This document shows positions 38,977-47,700 of a stretch of 64,000 nt of DNA, piece by piece (position 1 is the first letter of the stretch; each line of letters begins with the position of its first letter). The notes under the pieces are model-generated. The model saw nothing but the letters and a program-made list of their open reading frames with translations. It made no database searches and was not told the DNA's origin. Source of the DNA: Candidatus Fermentibacteraceae bacterium. GTDB taxonomy: Bacteria > Fermentibacterota > Fermentibacteria > Fermentibacterales > JCC-6. The stretch is taken from positions 301,514 through 365,513 of the forward strand of contig JBGSZS010000018.1 of NCBI GenBank assembly GCA_041750285.1, given 5' to 3'. The translations under genes and the position numbers were made by a program.

Positions 38977-39916
38977 CCACGGGTGGGGTCACGCCGCCAG
39001 ACAGAGGGAACTGGTCCGGCTGTTGTCTTCGAGCGTACACGGTCTGGAGATACATGTCGCTTCAGGGGCGCCGCCATGGTTCTGGCATGGAAGCCCGCTT
39101 GCCCGGCTTCATCCGCCAACCTCTTCTCCCCTTCCAGTTGATGCCGGGGGAGACGTTGATCTTGAACTTACCGAGACGGCCCTTCTTTCTTTCACCAACG
39201 GCATGAGAAACAACCTTGAGCTCGAGAGGGCCCGAATCCACCTTCTCTCACCCGACCTGCTCCTCAGTGACGTCGATCCCCTGCCGGTGCTTGCCTGCTC
39301 TGATCTGGGCATTCCGGCTTTCGTACTGGGCAACTTCACATGGGACTGGATCCATGCGAACCTGTTTCCGGGCCGTTCGTCCGAGTGCTCCAGGATATCA
39401 TGGGCCTACTCGAGGGCCACGTATCTGCGCCTGCCCATGGGTCCGGGTTACTCACCCTGCGTCAGCACGACGGAAATGCCCCTCCTGCCGGGGGGCCCCC
39501 CCGGAGACGCCCGCCGTGCGCGCATCATCACCGGTGATCGGCCATACACTCTTCTTGCATTCAGGGAAGTGCCGATGGGTGGAATCCCCTGCACGAAGGG
39601 AGAATTCACCGTGGCATCCATGGAAACAAACCTGCTGGGTGCGGAACTATGTGTTCCATACAGGGATATGTTGAGCGCAGGCGTGTCGTTCTCGGATCTT
39701 GTGGCAGGTGCGGACAGGGTCATCTGCAAGGCCGGGTATGGCATCCTGTCGCAACTTCTCGCAGAAGGCAGGGATGCAGTGGTTCTTTCGGGCAGGCGGT
39801 TCCCTGAAGAACCGTTCCTGATTGAGGGATGGAACAGCCTGCGCGGGGATCATGTCGATGGGATGGAGGTCAGGCAGGTTTTCATCGAGTCATTCATCAG
39901 AGCCTGCGGGCTTTGA
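38942..39916 (+). CDS. GT-B fold glycosyltransferase-like protein
   Basis: HGWGHAAR, NFTWDWI, D.V.....VICKAGYG and R.FPEE motifs. Confidence 0.7.
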   Translation: MLLLRVLISVSNHGWGHAARQRELVRLLSSSVHGLEIHVASGAPPWFWHGSPLARLHPPTSSPLPVDAGGDVDLELTETALLSFTNGMRNNLELERARIHLLSPDLLLSDVDPLPVLACSDLGIPAFVLGNFTWDWIHANLFPGRSSECSRISWAYSRATYLRLPMGPGYSPCVSTTEMPLLPGGPPGDARRARIITGDRPYTLLAFREVPMGGIPCTKGEFTVASMETNLLGAELCVPYRDMLSAGVSFSDLVAGADRVICKAGYGILSQLLAEGRDAVVLSGRRFPEEPFLIEGWNSLRGDHVDGMEVRQVFIESFIRACGL

Positions 39917-39991
39917 ACCCAAGCTTTTCTTTGGGCCGGTTTTGGTGTAGAATCAAAAGTTGTCCGTATTCCCAATTTCAAGGAGAGTGAA

Positions 39992-41554
39992 ATGCGACTG
40001 TTGCCAATTCTGTTTCTGATCGTAGCTTCTTCCGTTTTCGCAGCCCGGGTGAACGGGCCTTCCGAAGCGGCCGACCTCGTCATGGGCACCATGATGCTCG
40101 ACATGGACAGGGTCGAGGTCAGGGTCTTCCCGGCCATTCTCGAGGAGGGTTCCGTTGTCGGGGCATGGTCTTACCCTGGCGTTTTCGCGCCCTTCCAGTC
40201 CTATCTTGTACTGGTTGACGACTTCGCCCTGGCCAACTGGGAGCACCCCTGCCGCTGGGTCTTCGTTTCCCCCCAGGGTGATGTCAGCACTGAACGCATG
40301 ACCGTCCCGCCCGACTTCTACGCACGCATGAGCATTGAATACAGCTCACTCCCCGATATCTCGAACCTGATCAAGGGGCAGTACGAAGACTTCATCGCCT
40401 GGTTCGAGCCCAATGTCCAGGCAACACCCGAGCAGGGTCAGCAGATGTACGCCTGGGTCATCTCCGGCGGAGCCAACATGGGCAACAACCACATCCGCTA
40501 CTACGGCGATGTCCAGTTCATCTACAACGTTCTCGTTCACGACTACCTCATCCCGGATGACCACATAATCGTCTGCTTCGCCGACGGAACGAACCCGGCG
40601 CCGGACCAGTCGGGAGGTCTCAACTCGAACCCCGACTTCGACGATGACGGCGACACGGACATCGACTACGACGCCACGACAGCCGGCGTCACCAGTGGAT
40701 ACAACGCAATTGCCGGCATGGTGGGTCCCGACGACCATCTCTTCATCTTCACCACCGATCACGGCGGTCAGGGCAAGGATGGCGGCAATCTGCCGACCGA
40801 GGTCCATCTCAATCTCTGGAACGCCACTCTCAACGACGACGACTTCATGACCATGCTCAATGGCATCTCTGCTGCGTCGATCAATGTCGTGATGGAGCAG
40901 TGCTTCTCCGGCGGTTTCCAGCAGGAAGTCATCCATGCCGCCGCCGACCAGCCCCGTTCCTTCGCCAGCGCCGCCAATGCATCCGAGTCAAGCTGGGCGG
41001 GCCAGACATATCCTCAGTACGACGAGTACGTCTACTTCTGGACTGGCGCCGTTCACGGCAGCAGACCCGCCGGCGGTTCCTACCCCGCAGGCGCACTCCC
41101 GGGCGACCCCGACCTTAACAGCGACGGCTACATCTCCATGTGGGAAGCGCACGACCGCGCGAAGGCCTGGGACTACTACGCCCAGAGCGGCCAGGAACAT
41201 CCCCAGTGGGACGACCTGCCTGACAGCTGCGGTGAGCTCTACTTCCTCGGCGGCCCCATCCCTGTGGGCACCGAAGGCGGCTTCGTGGAAGTGCTTCCCG
41301 CAACGGGTCTCGGCATCAGCGTGAACCCCGTGAATTCCGGCGCAACGGTGAGCTTCCACATGAACACCACCGCCGTCGCCGAGCTTCAGGTTCTCGACCT
41401 GGCCGGCCGTGTTGTCAGCACGGTCATTTCCGGCATCGTCCAGGCCGGCAACCAGTCTGTTCTTGTTGACTTCTCCGAGCGTCCCTCCGGCATCTACCTG
41501 CTCCGCCTGTCCACCGAAGGCTCCGTCCAGACCCTCAAGGTAGTCCGCTTCTAG
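39992..41554 (+). CDS. Secreted clan CD cysteine peptidase (C13/caspase-like) with T9SS-like CTD
   Basis: Signal peptide; ISGG..N..RY; FTTDHGG (His); MEQCFSGGF (Cys); LDLAGR.V..SGIYLLRL. Confidence 0.85.
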   Translation: MRLLPILFLIVASSVFAARVNGPSEAADLVMGTMMLDMDRVEVRVFPAILEEGSVVGAWSYPGVFAPFQSYLVLVDDFALANWEHPCRWVFVSPQGDVSTERMTVPPDFYARMSIEYSSLPDISNLIKGQYEDFIAWFEPNVQATPEQGQQMYAWVISGGANMGNNHIRYYGDVQFIYNVLVHDYLIPDDHIIVCFADGTNPAPDQSGGLNSNPDFDDDGDTDIDYDATTAGVTSGYNAIAGMVGPDDHLFIFTTDHGGQGKDGGNLPTEVHLNLWNATLNDDDFMTMLNGISAASINVVMEQCFSGGFQQEVIHAAADQPRSFASAANASESSWAGQTYPQYDEYVYFWTGAVHGSRPAGGSYPAGALPGDPDLNSDGYISMWEAHDRAKAWDYYAQSGQEHPQWDDLPDSCGELYFLGGPIPVGTEGGFVEVLPATGLGISVNPVNSGATVSFHMNTTAVAELQVLDLAGRVVSTVISGIVQAGNQSVLVDFSERPSGIYLLRLSTEGSVQTLKVVRF

Positions 41555-41583
41555 GGGACGGACTTAGATAGATTAGTTTGCTG
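41553..41583 (+). repeat. Left inverted repeat AGGGGACGGACTTAGATAGATTAGTTTGCTG
   Basis: Matches the reverse complement of 42561-42591 with 3 mismatches. Confidence 0.9.
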
Positions 41584-41590
41584 GCTTAAC

Positions 41591-41622
41591 AAGAAGGCCT
41601 GGAGTAACTTCCAGGCCTTCTT
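41591..41622. terminator. Perfect 13-bp hairpin (bidirectional terminator or REP-like structure)
   Basis: AAGAAGGCCTGGA-gtaact-TCCAGGCCTTCTT. Confidence 0.7.
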
Positions 41623-41635
41623 CCATATGGGTGTA

Positions 41636-42487
41636 CTATGCTGTGGTTGCTGTGTGTTCTTTTCTGGAGATACATCTGGCAAGAGCAGCTGAGGCTGACG
41701 GGGTGGCGATACCCAGGTAGGAAGCTGCTTCGGTGATTGTGAACCCACAAGCGCAGACGGCTTCTTCAAGAAAATCCTCTCGAGCCCTGGAGAGATGGCT
41801 CGTTCGGCCACGGCCCCTGATCGCATCAGCCGTGACACGGTGTATCGAGGCTATGGTTTCGATAACGGCATCAAGGTTCGAAACTCCTTCTTTTATCGAC
41901 TGCCTGTCTTTGAAACCGCTTGCGACAGATATCTCTCCGTCGGAGATTTGCGTGTCCTGTCTGACTTCGTTGAAGTATTCATCCCTGCTGCCAAAGATGG
42001 CGCATGCCCTGTTGAAATGGGATAGATCGTCAATTCGCGGTGACACTATCTCCCTGTGTCCACACCATGGGTAGCTGTCAAGTTCGGCTATGCTGTTCAC
42101 CACCCCGTGCTTCAAAGGGTTTTTATTAACATAGGCAAAAACGGTCCGGCAGTACGATTCGGTTCCTGCAAGCCTGGATTTGTAACGGCCCTGAAAAAGA
42201 TACCCCACCCTGTTGTACTTCTCGTTAAAGTGCAGAGAATATCCTGTTAGCGCCCTCCGTATGAATGTTGCCAAGGGCGTGGTCCCGGTCTCGGTGAGCA
42301 GGTGGAAGTGGTTCGGTAGGAAAGACCAGGCATGAATCCTCATGCCGGTTTCCCTCGATAGATACTTCAGCCGGCACAGGAGGTCGTCATAGTCATCAGG
42401 ATCACGGAATATTGCCTCCCTGTTGAGACCCCTTGAGATCACATGCTGCAATGCACCCTGCGCGTCGTATCTTGCCTGTCGTCCCAT
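41636..42487 (-). CDS. REP-associated tyrosine transposase-like (Y1 HUH) protein with C-terminal DnaA-C-like HTH
   Basis: M.R..R, HVISRG.N...IF, PNHFHLL (HUH), G.LFQGRYKS, YVNKNP..HG, YPW, then a helical tail ..SRAR..ITEAASYLG. Confidence 0.9.
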   Translation of the reverse strand: MGRQARYDAQGALQHVISRGLNREAIFRDPDDYDDLLCRLKYLSRETGMRIHAWSFLPNHFHLLTETGTTPLATFIRRALTGYSLHFNEKYNRVGYLFQGRYKSRLAGTESYCRTVFAYVNKNPLKHGVVNSIAELDSYPWCGHREIVSPRIDDLSHFNRACAIFGSRDEYFNEVRQDTQISDGEISVASGFKDRQSIKEGVSNLDAVIETIASIHRVTADAIRGRGRTSHLSRAREDFLEEAVCACGFTITEAASYLGIATPSASAALARCISRKEHTATTA

Positions 42488-42560
42488 ACAGGTAAGTACG
42501 GCTCAAACCTCAATGGATTCAAGGCTCTCAGTTATATCGCAGCACAAGAACAGGTTAGCT

Positions 42561-42591
42561 CAGTAAACTAATCTTTCTTAGTCCGTCCCCT
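42561..42591 (-). repeat. Right inverted repeat AGGGGACGGACTAAGAAAGATTAGTTTACTG
   Basis: Partner of 41553-41583. Confidence 0.9.
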
Positions 42592-43710
42592 GTACTCGGC
42601 AATGGGGTCGACTGGGAGGTTGCTGGTTTCGCGCCAATGCTGGACAACGGGACGGACATCGGTGACGAAGGCATCACGGAGAACACGGTTGGCTCCTGTC
42701 ACGTCGGGTGTCTCCTGAAGCTGCTTGAGTTCGTCGGGGTTGACCAGAGACGCACGGGCCAGGGCGTGCAGCGTGTTCTCCACGGCAGTGAGCATGTTCT
42801 CCATGGGGTCGTCCACCCGGGTCTCGACCTTCACCTCGATGGCAAGCTTGTCGAGGGCGCACAAACCCGCCCTTTCAGCATTGAGCAGGTTGAGGAAGAA
42901 GCGGAAGAGCGCTCCGGCGTCCATGGAGCCGGCCGGCAGGGCACCCATGCCGAGCCGGTTGTCGCTGATGGCAACACGGCCAAGGATCTTCTGGTGAAGC
43001 ATGGAGACCATGACGCTGTCGAGGCTTTCACCGGGCAGAAGGCTTCCTGTATCGAGAAGAAGCTTGCAGGAAGGATCGGTTTCCCGGCAGAGCCACGCCG
43101 CAGTACCCCAGTCGGGAACCGCCGTGCAGAAGTATGTCGGGTTGTAAGGGCGGAACCCGAGAAGCATGCTCTCACTCTTGCGGATCTTCAGGCCGATCTG
43201 GCGCATTCCCTTGAGTATGGAGTCCAGCATCTCAACGGTGTTCTTCTCACCGGGGGAATCGGCTCCGTCGGGTATCCAGAGAAGGAGCTGTCGGCAGTTG
43301 ATGTCCCGCATGAGCTGCTGAACGCTGAGAATGTTGTTGATGCTTGCCACCCTTACCTCGGGGTAGGGGCTGGTAAGCGTTCCATACATGAGCCGGTGGT
43401 TCAGCACACCCCGCTTGCGTGGAACCATGGAGTTCACGGCCAGGGTGACCGGTGTGAGGTGGCGTTCCTCGAGGATCCTGTTGACTTCTTCCGTGTCTTC
43501 CTTCTTCTGGATGTCGAGAGGGAATTCGAGGACAACTTCCCTGCACTTTCCGGTTATCTCGGCGAGCATGGCCACATTCGTAAGCCTGGACTCCACTGTT
43601 TCAGGGTCATCGTCGGTGGTGAACCTGGCGAGATTCGTGCCGGCCCGTGATAGAGACCTGGTGGAGACGACAAGCTTCAACGAGTCGAGTATTTCAGACA
43701 CAGTTTGCAT
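42568..43710 (-). CDS. L-rhamnose isomerase-like (xylose isomerase fold) protein with degenerate active site
   Basis: G.LT.P...VR, LWIPDG...PG, VPDWG, LDTG, A.LV....L...Q...D...A..L.DAF.TDVRP, P.DP...YR. Confidence 0.75.
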   Translation of the reverse strand: MQTVSEILDSLKLVVSTRSLSRAGTNLARFTTDDDPETVESRLTNVAMLAEITGKCREVVLEFPLDIQKKEDTEEVNRILEERHLTPVTLAVNSMVPRKRGVLNHRLMYGTLTSPYPEVRVASINNILSVQQLMRDINCRQLLLWIPDGADSPGEKNTVEMLDSILKGMRQIGLKIRKSESMLLGFRPYNPTYFCTAVPDWGTAAWLCRETDPSCKLLLDTGSLLPGESLDSVMVSMLHQKILGRVAISDNRLGMGALPAGSMDAGALFRFFLNLLNAERAGLCALDKLAIEVKVETRVDDPMENMLTAVENTLHALARASLVNPDELKQLQETPDVTGANRVLRDAFVTDVRPVVQHWRETSNLPVDPIAEYRGRTKKD

Positions 43711-43731
43711 GCAGCGACCCCTTTCGCCGTT

Positions 43732-44301
43732 TCATATTCCTAACTCTGGTGCTATTCTTTTCATGGCTTTCAAAGCCAGTTCAACGAAGTCATCAACACT
43801 GAAACCCGCCAGGGTACACTCCATTATGCGGGTCCTGTCAACGTTGCGGGCAAAGCCGGACTTGCCCATGCGTTTCACCACCGAGGCCGCCTCGACCGGT
43901 GCAAGCTTCCTCTCCGGATAGATCAGCGCCGTAGCGCTTATCAGACCAGTTACGGACTCAGCGGCGCTGAGAAGATAATCAAGATCCGAGGTTCTCACCG
44001 CACCGTTCAACTGACCATTGTGGGCTACAATGGCATGGACGAAGGATTCCGGCAGAATGCCTTCGAGCATCTTCCCGGCCACTACTCCGTGCTTCGAGTG
44101 ATCATCACCGATGAGTTCCATGTCCACATCGTGAAGCATGCCCGCGGACTCCCATATCTCCGGCGACCCTTCGTTCAAGGCTCGGGCCAGGTCACCCATG
44201 ATCGCAGCCGTGGCGAGACAGTGCCGATAAAGGCTTTCGCTTTTGACGTATTTTCTGAACAGGTCCCTGGCGTCAGCCGGGGAGATTCCAGAGTCGGCCA
44301 T
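43732..44301 (-). CDS. HD/HDIG-domain metal-dependent phosphohydrolase
   Basis: H..A...M, G.LHD.D, H, AI.AH, TGLI.A.AL and FAR.V.R motifs. Confidence 0.9.
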   Translation of the reverse strand: MADSGISPADARDLFRKYVKSESLYRHCLATAAIMGDLARALNEGSPEIWESAGMLHDVDMELIGDDHSKHGVVAGKMLEGILPESFVHAIVAHNGQLNGAVRTSDLDYLLSAAESVTGLISATALIYPERKLAPVEAASVVKRMGKSGFARNVDRTRIMECTLAGFSVDDFVELALKAMKRIAPELGI

Positions 44302-45811
44302 TCCAGCAACCCTCCAACCTGAGCAGGTAATCGTTCCTGCCGTCTTCGATCATGGTAAAAGCCGAGCCTAAGGCTTTGGCCAAATCTGTGGGAAGAAGCG
44401 AACGGGGTGAGCCGGATGACGCCTGGATGTCGCCGGCCAGTCCGTGTACGAACGCTGCGAGTGCGGAAGCGTCCGAAGTGGAGAGCCCCTGGGCGATGAG
44501 TCCTGCCACCAGACCTGACAGGACGTCGCCGCTGCCACCCGTTGCCATCCCGTGGTTGCCGGAAGGATTGAGTATCCTGCCACCTTCAGGAAGGAACACC
44601 TGGCTTGGCTTCCCCTTCAGCAATACGGGACATGAAGTGGCTGAAGACAGCTTTGCCGCGGCATCGAAACGTTTTGCGATCTCGGTGGTGCAGCCGGTGA
44701 GCCTCGAAAGCTCTCCCGGGTGGGGTGTGAGGACCACGTTCTGCCTTGCAGGAAGAATGTCAGCCATTCGCTTGTCCATTACATTCAGGGCGTCGGCGTC
44801 CAGAACAAGTGGAAGTCTCCACTGTTCAAGCACGTATCTCACGATCTTGGTCGTTCCGACATCGTTCCCGAGACCGGGCCCGACGACCGCAACGGAGAAG
44901 TCTGCAGGATCAGGAAGGGATGTCACGTCGCCCGGAAGGAAATAGCTGCAGAGGGCTTCGGGAATCCTTCCGCTCACTGCTGATGCCGCAGGAAGCGGAA
45001 CGCAGATCTCCACAAGACCAGCCCCGCTTCGGAGCGCTCCGAGTGCAGCCAACAGCGCCGCACCGGGCATCCGTTCCGATCCCGCCAGCAACAGCACCTT
45101 TCCGAAAACGCCCTTGTGCGCATCGGGGGGGCGCTTGGGAAGCAATGCCCTTGCCCTGGGAATGTCCATGATCTCACGAAGATGGTTCACATGCACTGGT
45201 ATGCCGATATCGGCAAGGAAAAGGGCACCGGTGTGGCCACAGCCGGGAGGCAGGAAAAGACCGAGCTTCGGGGCTGCGAAGGTCAACGTTACATCTGCCC
45301 TGAGAGCTGCGGCATCGGCTTCCCCGGTAAGGCCGTTGACTCCGGTGGGACAATCAACGGAGAGGATGGGACATCCCGCTGGAAGGAAGGTCTCCAAGGC
45401 CCCCAGGATCTGACCTCTAAGGTGTCCCGCAAAACCGGTTCCCAGGAGCGCGTCGATCAAAAGCGACGGCTTGAAGGGAGGCTCGGAGCATTCAAAGCCG
45501 CCCTTTGCACGATAGGCATCGCGATTGAGCAGGCAATCGGGAGAACAGGCCTGGTCTTCCTGGAATGCGGCGTGGACGGATACCGGGTATCCCCTCTGAA
45601 GCAGGATCCTTGCAGCCACGTAGCCGTCTCCGCCGTTGTTACCCGGCCCGGCAAGAACCATTACGGGGAGCTTTTCTCCTGCAAGCATGCGCTCCGCAGT
45701 GTCGGCAATGGCTGCACCCGCCCTTTCCATGAGAAGGGCGCCGGGGGTTCCGTTGGCGATGGCTGTTCTGTCCAGTTCGGACATTTCCTGCGGTGTCACC
45801 CAGTATGTCAT
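44273..45811 (-). CDS. nnr: Bifunctional NAD(P)H-hydrate epimerase/dehydratase
   Basis: LMERAG, GPGNNGGDG, DALLGTG, HKG.FG, DADAL, TPHPGE and ATGGSGDVL motifs. Confidence 0.95.
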   Translation of the reverse strand: MTYWVTPQEMSELDRTAIANGTPGALLMERAGAAIADTAERMLAGEKLPVMVLAGPGNNGGDGYVAARILLQRGYPVSVHAAFQEDQACSPDCLLNRDAYRAKGGFECSEPPFKPSLLIDALLGTGFAGHLRGQILGALETFLPAGCPILSVDCPTGVNGLTGEADAAALRADVTLTFAAPKLGLFLPPGCGHTGALFLADIGIPVHVNHLREIMDIPRARALLPKRPPDAHKGVFGKVLLLAGSERMPGAALLAALGALRSGAGLVEICVPLPAASAVSGRIPEALCSYFLPGDVTSLPDPADFSVAVVGPGLGNDVGTTKIVRYVLEQWRLPLVLDADALNVMDKRMADILPARQNVVLTPHPGELSRLTGCTTEIAKRFDAAAKLSSATSCPVLLKGKPSQVFLPEGGRILNPSGNHGMATGGSGDVLSGLVAGLIAQGLSTSDASALAAFVHGLAGDIQASSGSPRSLLPTDLAKALGSAFTMIEDGRNDYLLRLEGCWNGRLWNLPG

Positions 45812-46215
45812 TGCAGATCCTCCCCTGATCCACATCCTGTTTCCAGTATTGCAAATGCAACCGCAAGTGTTTCCGTGCTGTCCGCGGAAACATGGAATCG
45901 GCCCCTGCCCGCAAGTTCCGCTGCTGTTCCGTAAAGATTGACCCTGTGTCCTCCCTCAAGGATCTGGACGACCTGAATGTCCTGCCAGGAAACCCCCTGG
46001 GATATCCCGGTTCCCAGGGCCTTCGACACCGCTTCCTTCAAGGCGAAGGCCATAGCCATGTCTCTTGGGGACCCCAGATCCGGAATCTCATCGGGCCGGA
46101 ACAGCTTGCTTATCAGTCTGTCGTGACATGGATCGGCAATCCGTCCGAAACGGGATACATCCACCATGTCTACGCCAGTTCTCACAACAGCCTCCGAGTG
46201 GTCGAAGAAATCCAT
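45808..46215 (-). CDS. acpS: Holo-[acyl-carrier-protein] synthase
   Basis: G.D.V...R and FA.KEA.SKALGTG motifs. Confidence 0.9.
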   Translation of the reverse strand: MDFFDHSEAVVRTGVDMVDVSRFGRIADPCHDRLISKLFRPDEIPDLGSPRDMAMAFALKEAVSKALGTGISQGVSWQDIQVVQILEGGHRVNLYGTAAELAGRGRFHVSADSTETLAVAFAILETGCGSGEDLQ

Positions 46216-46246
46216 TATTTGACCATACTAACCAGAGAAGGAAATG

Positions 46247-47251
46247 TCAGCAGCACAGCCGCGTAAGCTCCTCTCCGCTCCATCGGGCAAAGGCGTTGCA
46301 GGACAGCGGAGAACATGCAGCAGGGTTGAAGTCGAGTTCAGCCAGCGCTGCTCTGCCAACCATGACTGCGTTGTCGGTGGTGTGTTCCATCGGGGGGAGC
46401 AGGAGATCGACTCCTGCACGGGCTGCTTCCGCTGCCAGGCTTTCCCTGAGAAGTGAGTTGGCGGTAACTCCGCCTGCAGCGATCACTGATACGGCACGAA
46501 GCCTTCGTGCCTGGAAAAAGAGCTTTCTGGTAAGAATTCCGCATACACGTGCCCTGAAGGAGGCGGCCATGTCCTCGGGGGAGTATCGCCCCGATTCCCA
46601 GGCGAGACGAACGGCCGTCTTCAGTCCGCTGAAACTGAACTCGGGGCTGTGTCCGGCACCGAGGGGTGACGGCAGGTCGACAGCGTCGGGATTCCCGGTC
46701 CTGGCCAGAAGGTCGAGCGCCCTGCCACCGGGATAGCCCAGATTCATGAGCTTGGCGGTCTTGTCAAAGGCCTCACCCGCAGCGTCATCCCTTGTGCAGC
46801 CCAGCATTGTGCAAGCATTCCAGCCCGTCATGAAGAACAGGGCCGTGTGCCCACCGCTGACAAGCAGGGCCACCGCTGGAAACCTGACCTTGTTCACCCT
46901 TGAATAATGGATGTGAATGTGGGCTGCCAGATGGTTGATTCCCAAAAAAGGTCTTTTCAAAGCCATTGCCGCCGCTTTTGTGAACGAGAGACCCACAAGG
47001 AGCGAACCCACGAGCCCCGGCCCCGCCGTGGCGGAGAAACACCCGACATCTCCCATGGATGCGCCTGCAGAGGCCAGAAGCCGGTTCACCATGCCGGGGA
47101 GTACTTCCATATGAAGCCTGGAAGCAATCTCGGGGACCACACCACCCATCTGGGAAGGCTGGGTGAAGACCTCCTGGGCCAGTACGCGGCCTTCGGCATC
47201 CAGCAATGCCGCAGCTGAATCGTCGCAGGAGGTCTCCACCGCCAGGAGCAT
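46247..47251 (-). CDS. tsaD: tRNA N6-adenosine threonylcarbamoyltransferase
   Basis: ETSCDD, GGVVPE.ASR.H, H..AH, VSGGHT, DDAAGEAFDK, FSFSGLKT and TDNA motifs. Confidence 0.95.
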   Translation of the reverse strand: MLLAVETSCDDSAAALLDAEGRVLAQEVFTQPSQMGGVVPEIASRLHMEVLPGMVNRLLASAGASMGDVGCFSATAGPGLVGSLLVGLSFTKAAAMALKRPFLGINHLAAHIHIHYSRVNKVRFPAVALLVSGGHTALFFMTGWNACTMLGCTRDDAAGEAFDKTAKLMNLGYPGGRALDLLARTGNPDAVDLPSPLGAGHSPEFSFSGLKTAVRLAWESGRYSPEDMAASFRARVCGILTRKLFFQARRLRAVSVIAAGGVTANSLLRESLAAEAARAGVDLLLPPMEHTTDNAVMVGRAALAELDFNPAACSPLSCNAFARWSGEELTRLCC

Positions 47252-47253
47252 CT

Positions 47254-47700
47254 CTACTCCTGTGGAGACACCTTGACGGTGACCTTCCCGTGAAGATCGC
47301 CGAACACCTTCACCTGGACTTCGAATTCGCCGATCTGCTTGATGTGGGTATCAAGGATGATCTGCTTCCTGTCGAACTTGAAGCCCTTCTCTTCCAGTGC
47401 CTGGGTGATCTCCCTCTCGCCGATACCGCCGTAGAGTTGGCCGGCACCGTCAGCCGTTGCGTGAAGCGTTATCACCGTGCCGTCGAGCTTCGATGCGATC
47501 TCCCTGGCCTCGGCACTGACCAGGTCCTTCTTTTCCTTGGCCTTTGCCCTGTAAGTGCTGGCCATCTTCATGGCCCCGGTCGTGCAGGCCACGGCAAGGT
47601 TTCTTGGATACAGAAAATTCCGGGCGTACCCGGGAGAGACGTTCACAACCTCCCCGGCTTCTCCGAGGGTGTCAACCGTCTTGGTCAGCAGGACCTTCAT
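47254..47700 (-). CDS. rplI: 50S ribosomal protein L9
   Basis: MKVLL...V..LG..G..V.V..GYARNFL.P. Confidence 0.97.
   Translation of the reverse strand: MKVLLTKTVDTLGEAGEVVNVSPGYARNFLYPRNLAVACTTGAMKMASTYRAKAKEKKDLVSAEAREIASKLDGTVITLHATADGAGQLYGGIGEREITQALEEKGFKFDRKQIILDTHIKQIGEFEVQVKVFGDLHGKVTVKVSPQE

Larger units (their letters stand above)
41553..42591 (-). mobile_element. Putative 1,039-bp element: Y1-HUH nuclease gene bounded by 31-bp terminal inverted repeats
   Basis: Inverted repeats at 41553-41583 and 42561-42591 (28/31 identical). Interior is visibly more AT-rich than its flanks. Confidence 0.75.

Noticed and set aside
41636-42487. Classical IS200/IS605 tnpA call
   Set aside because: The protein is longer, has RAYT-type motifs and an HTH tail, has no tnpB, and is flanked by inverted repeats.
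42568-43710. Functional rhaA/rhaI or xylA assignment
   Set aside because: Metal-binding and catalytic residues appear missing and there is no sugar-catabolism context.
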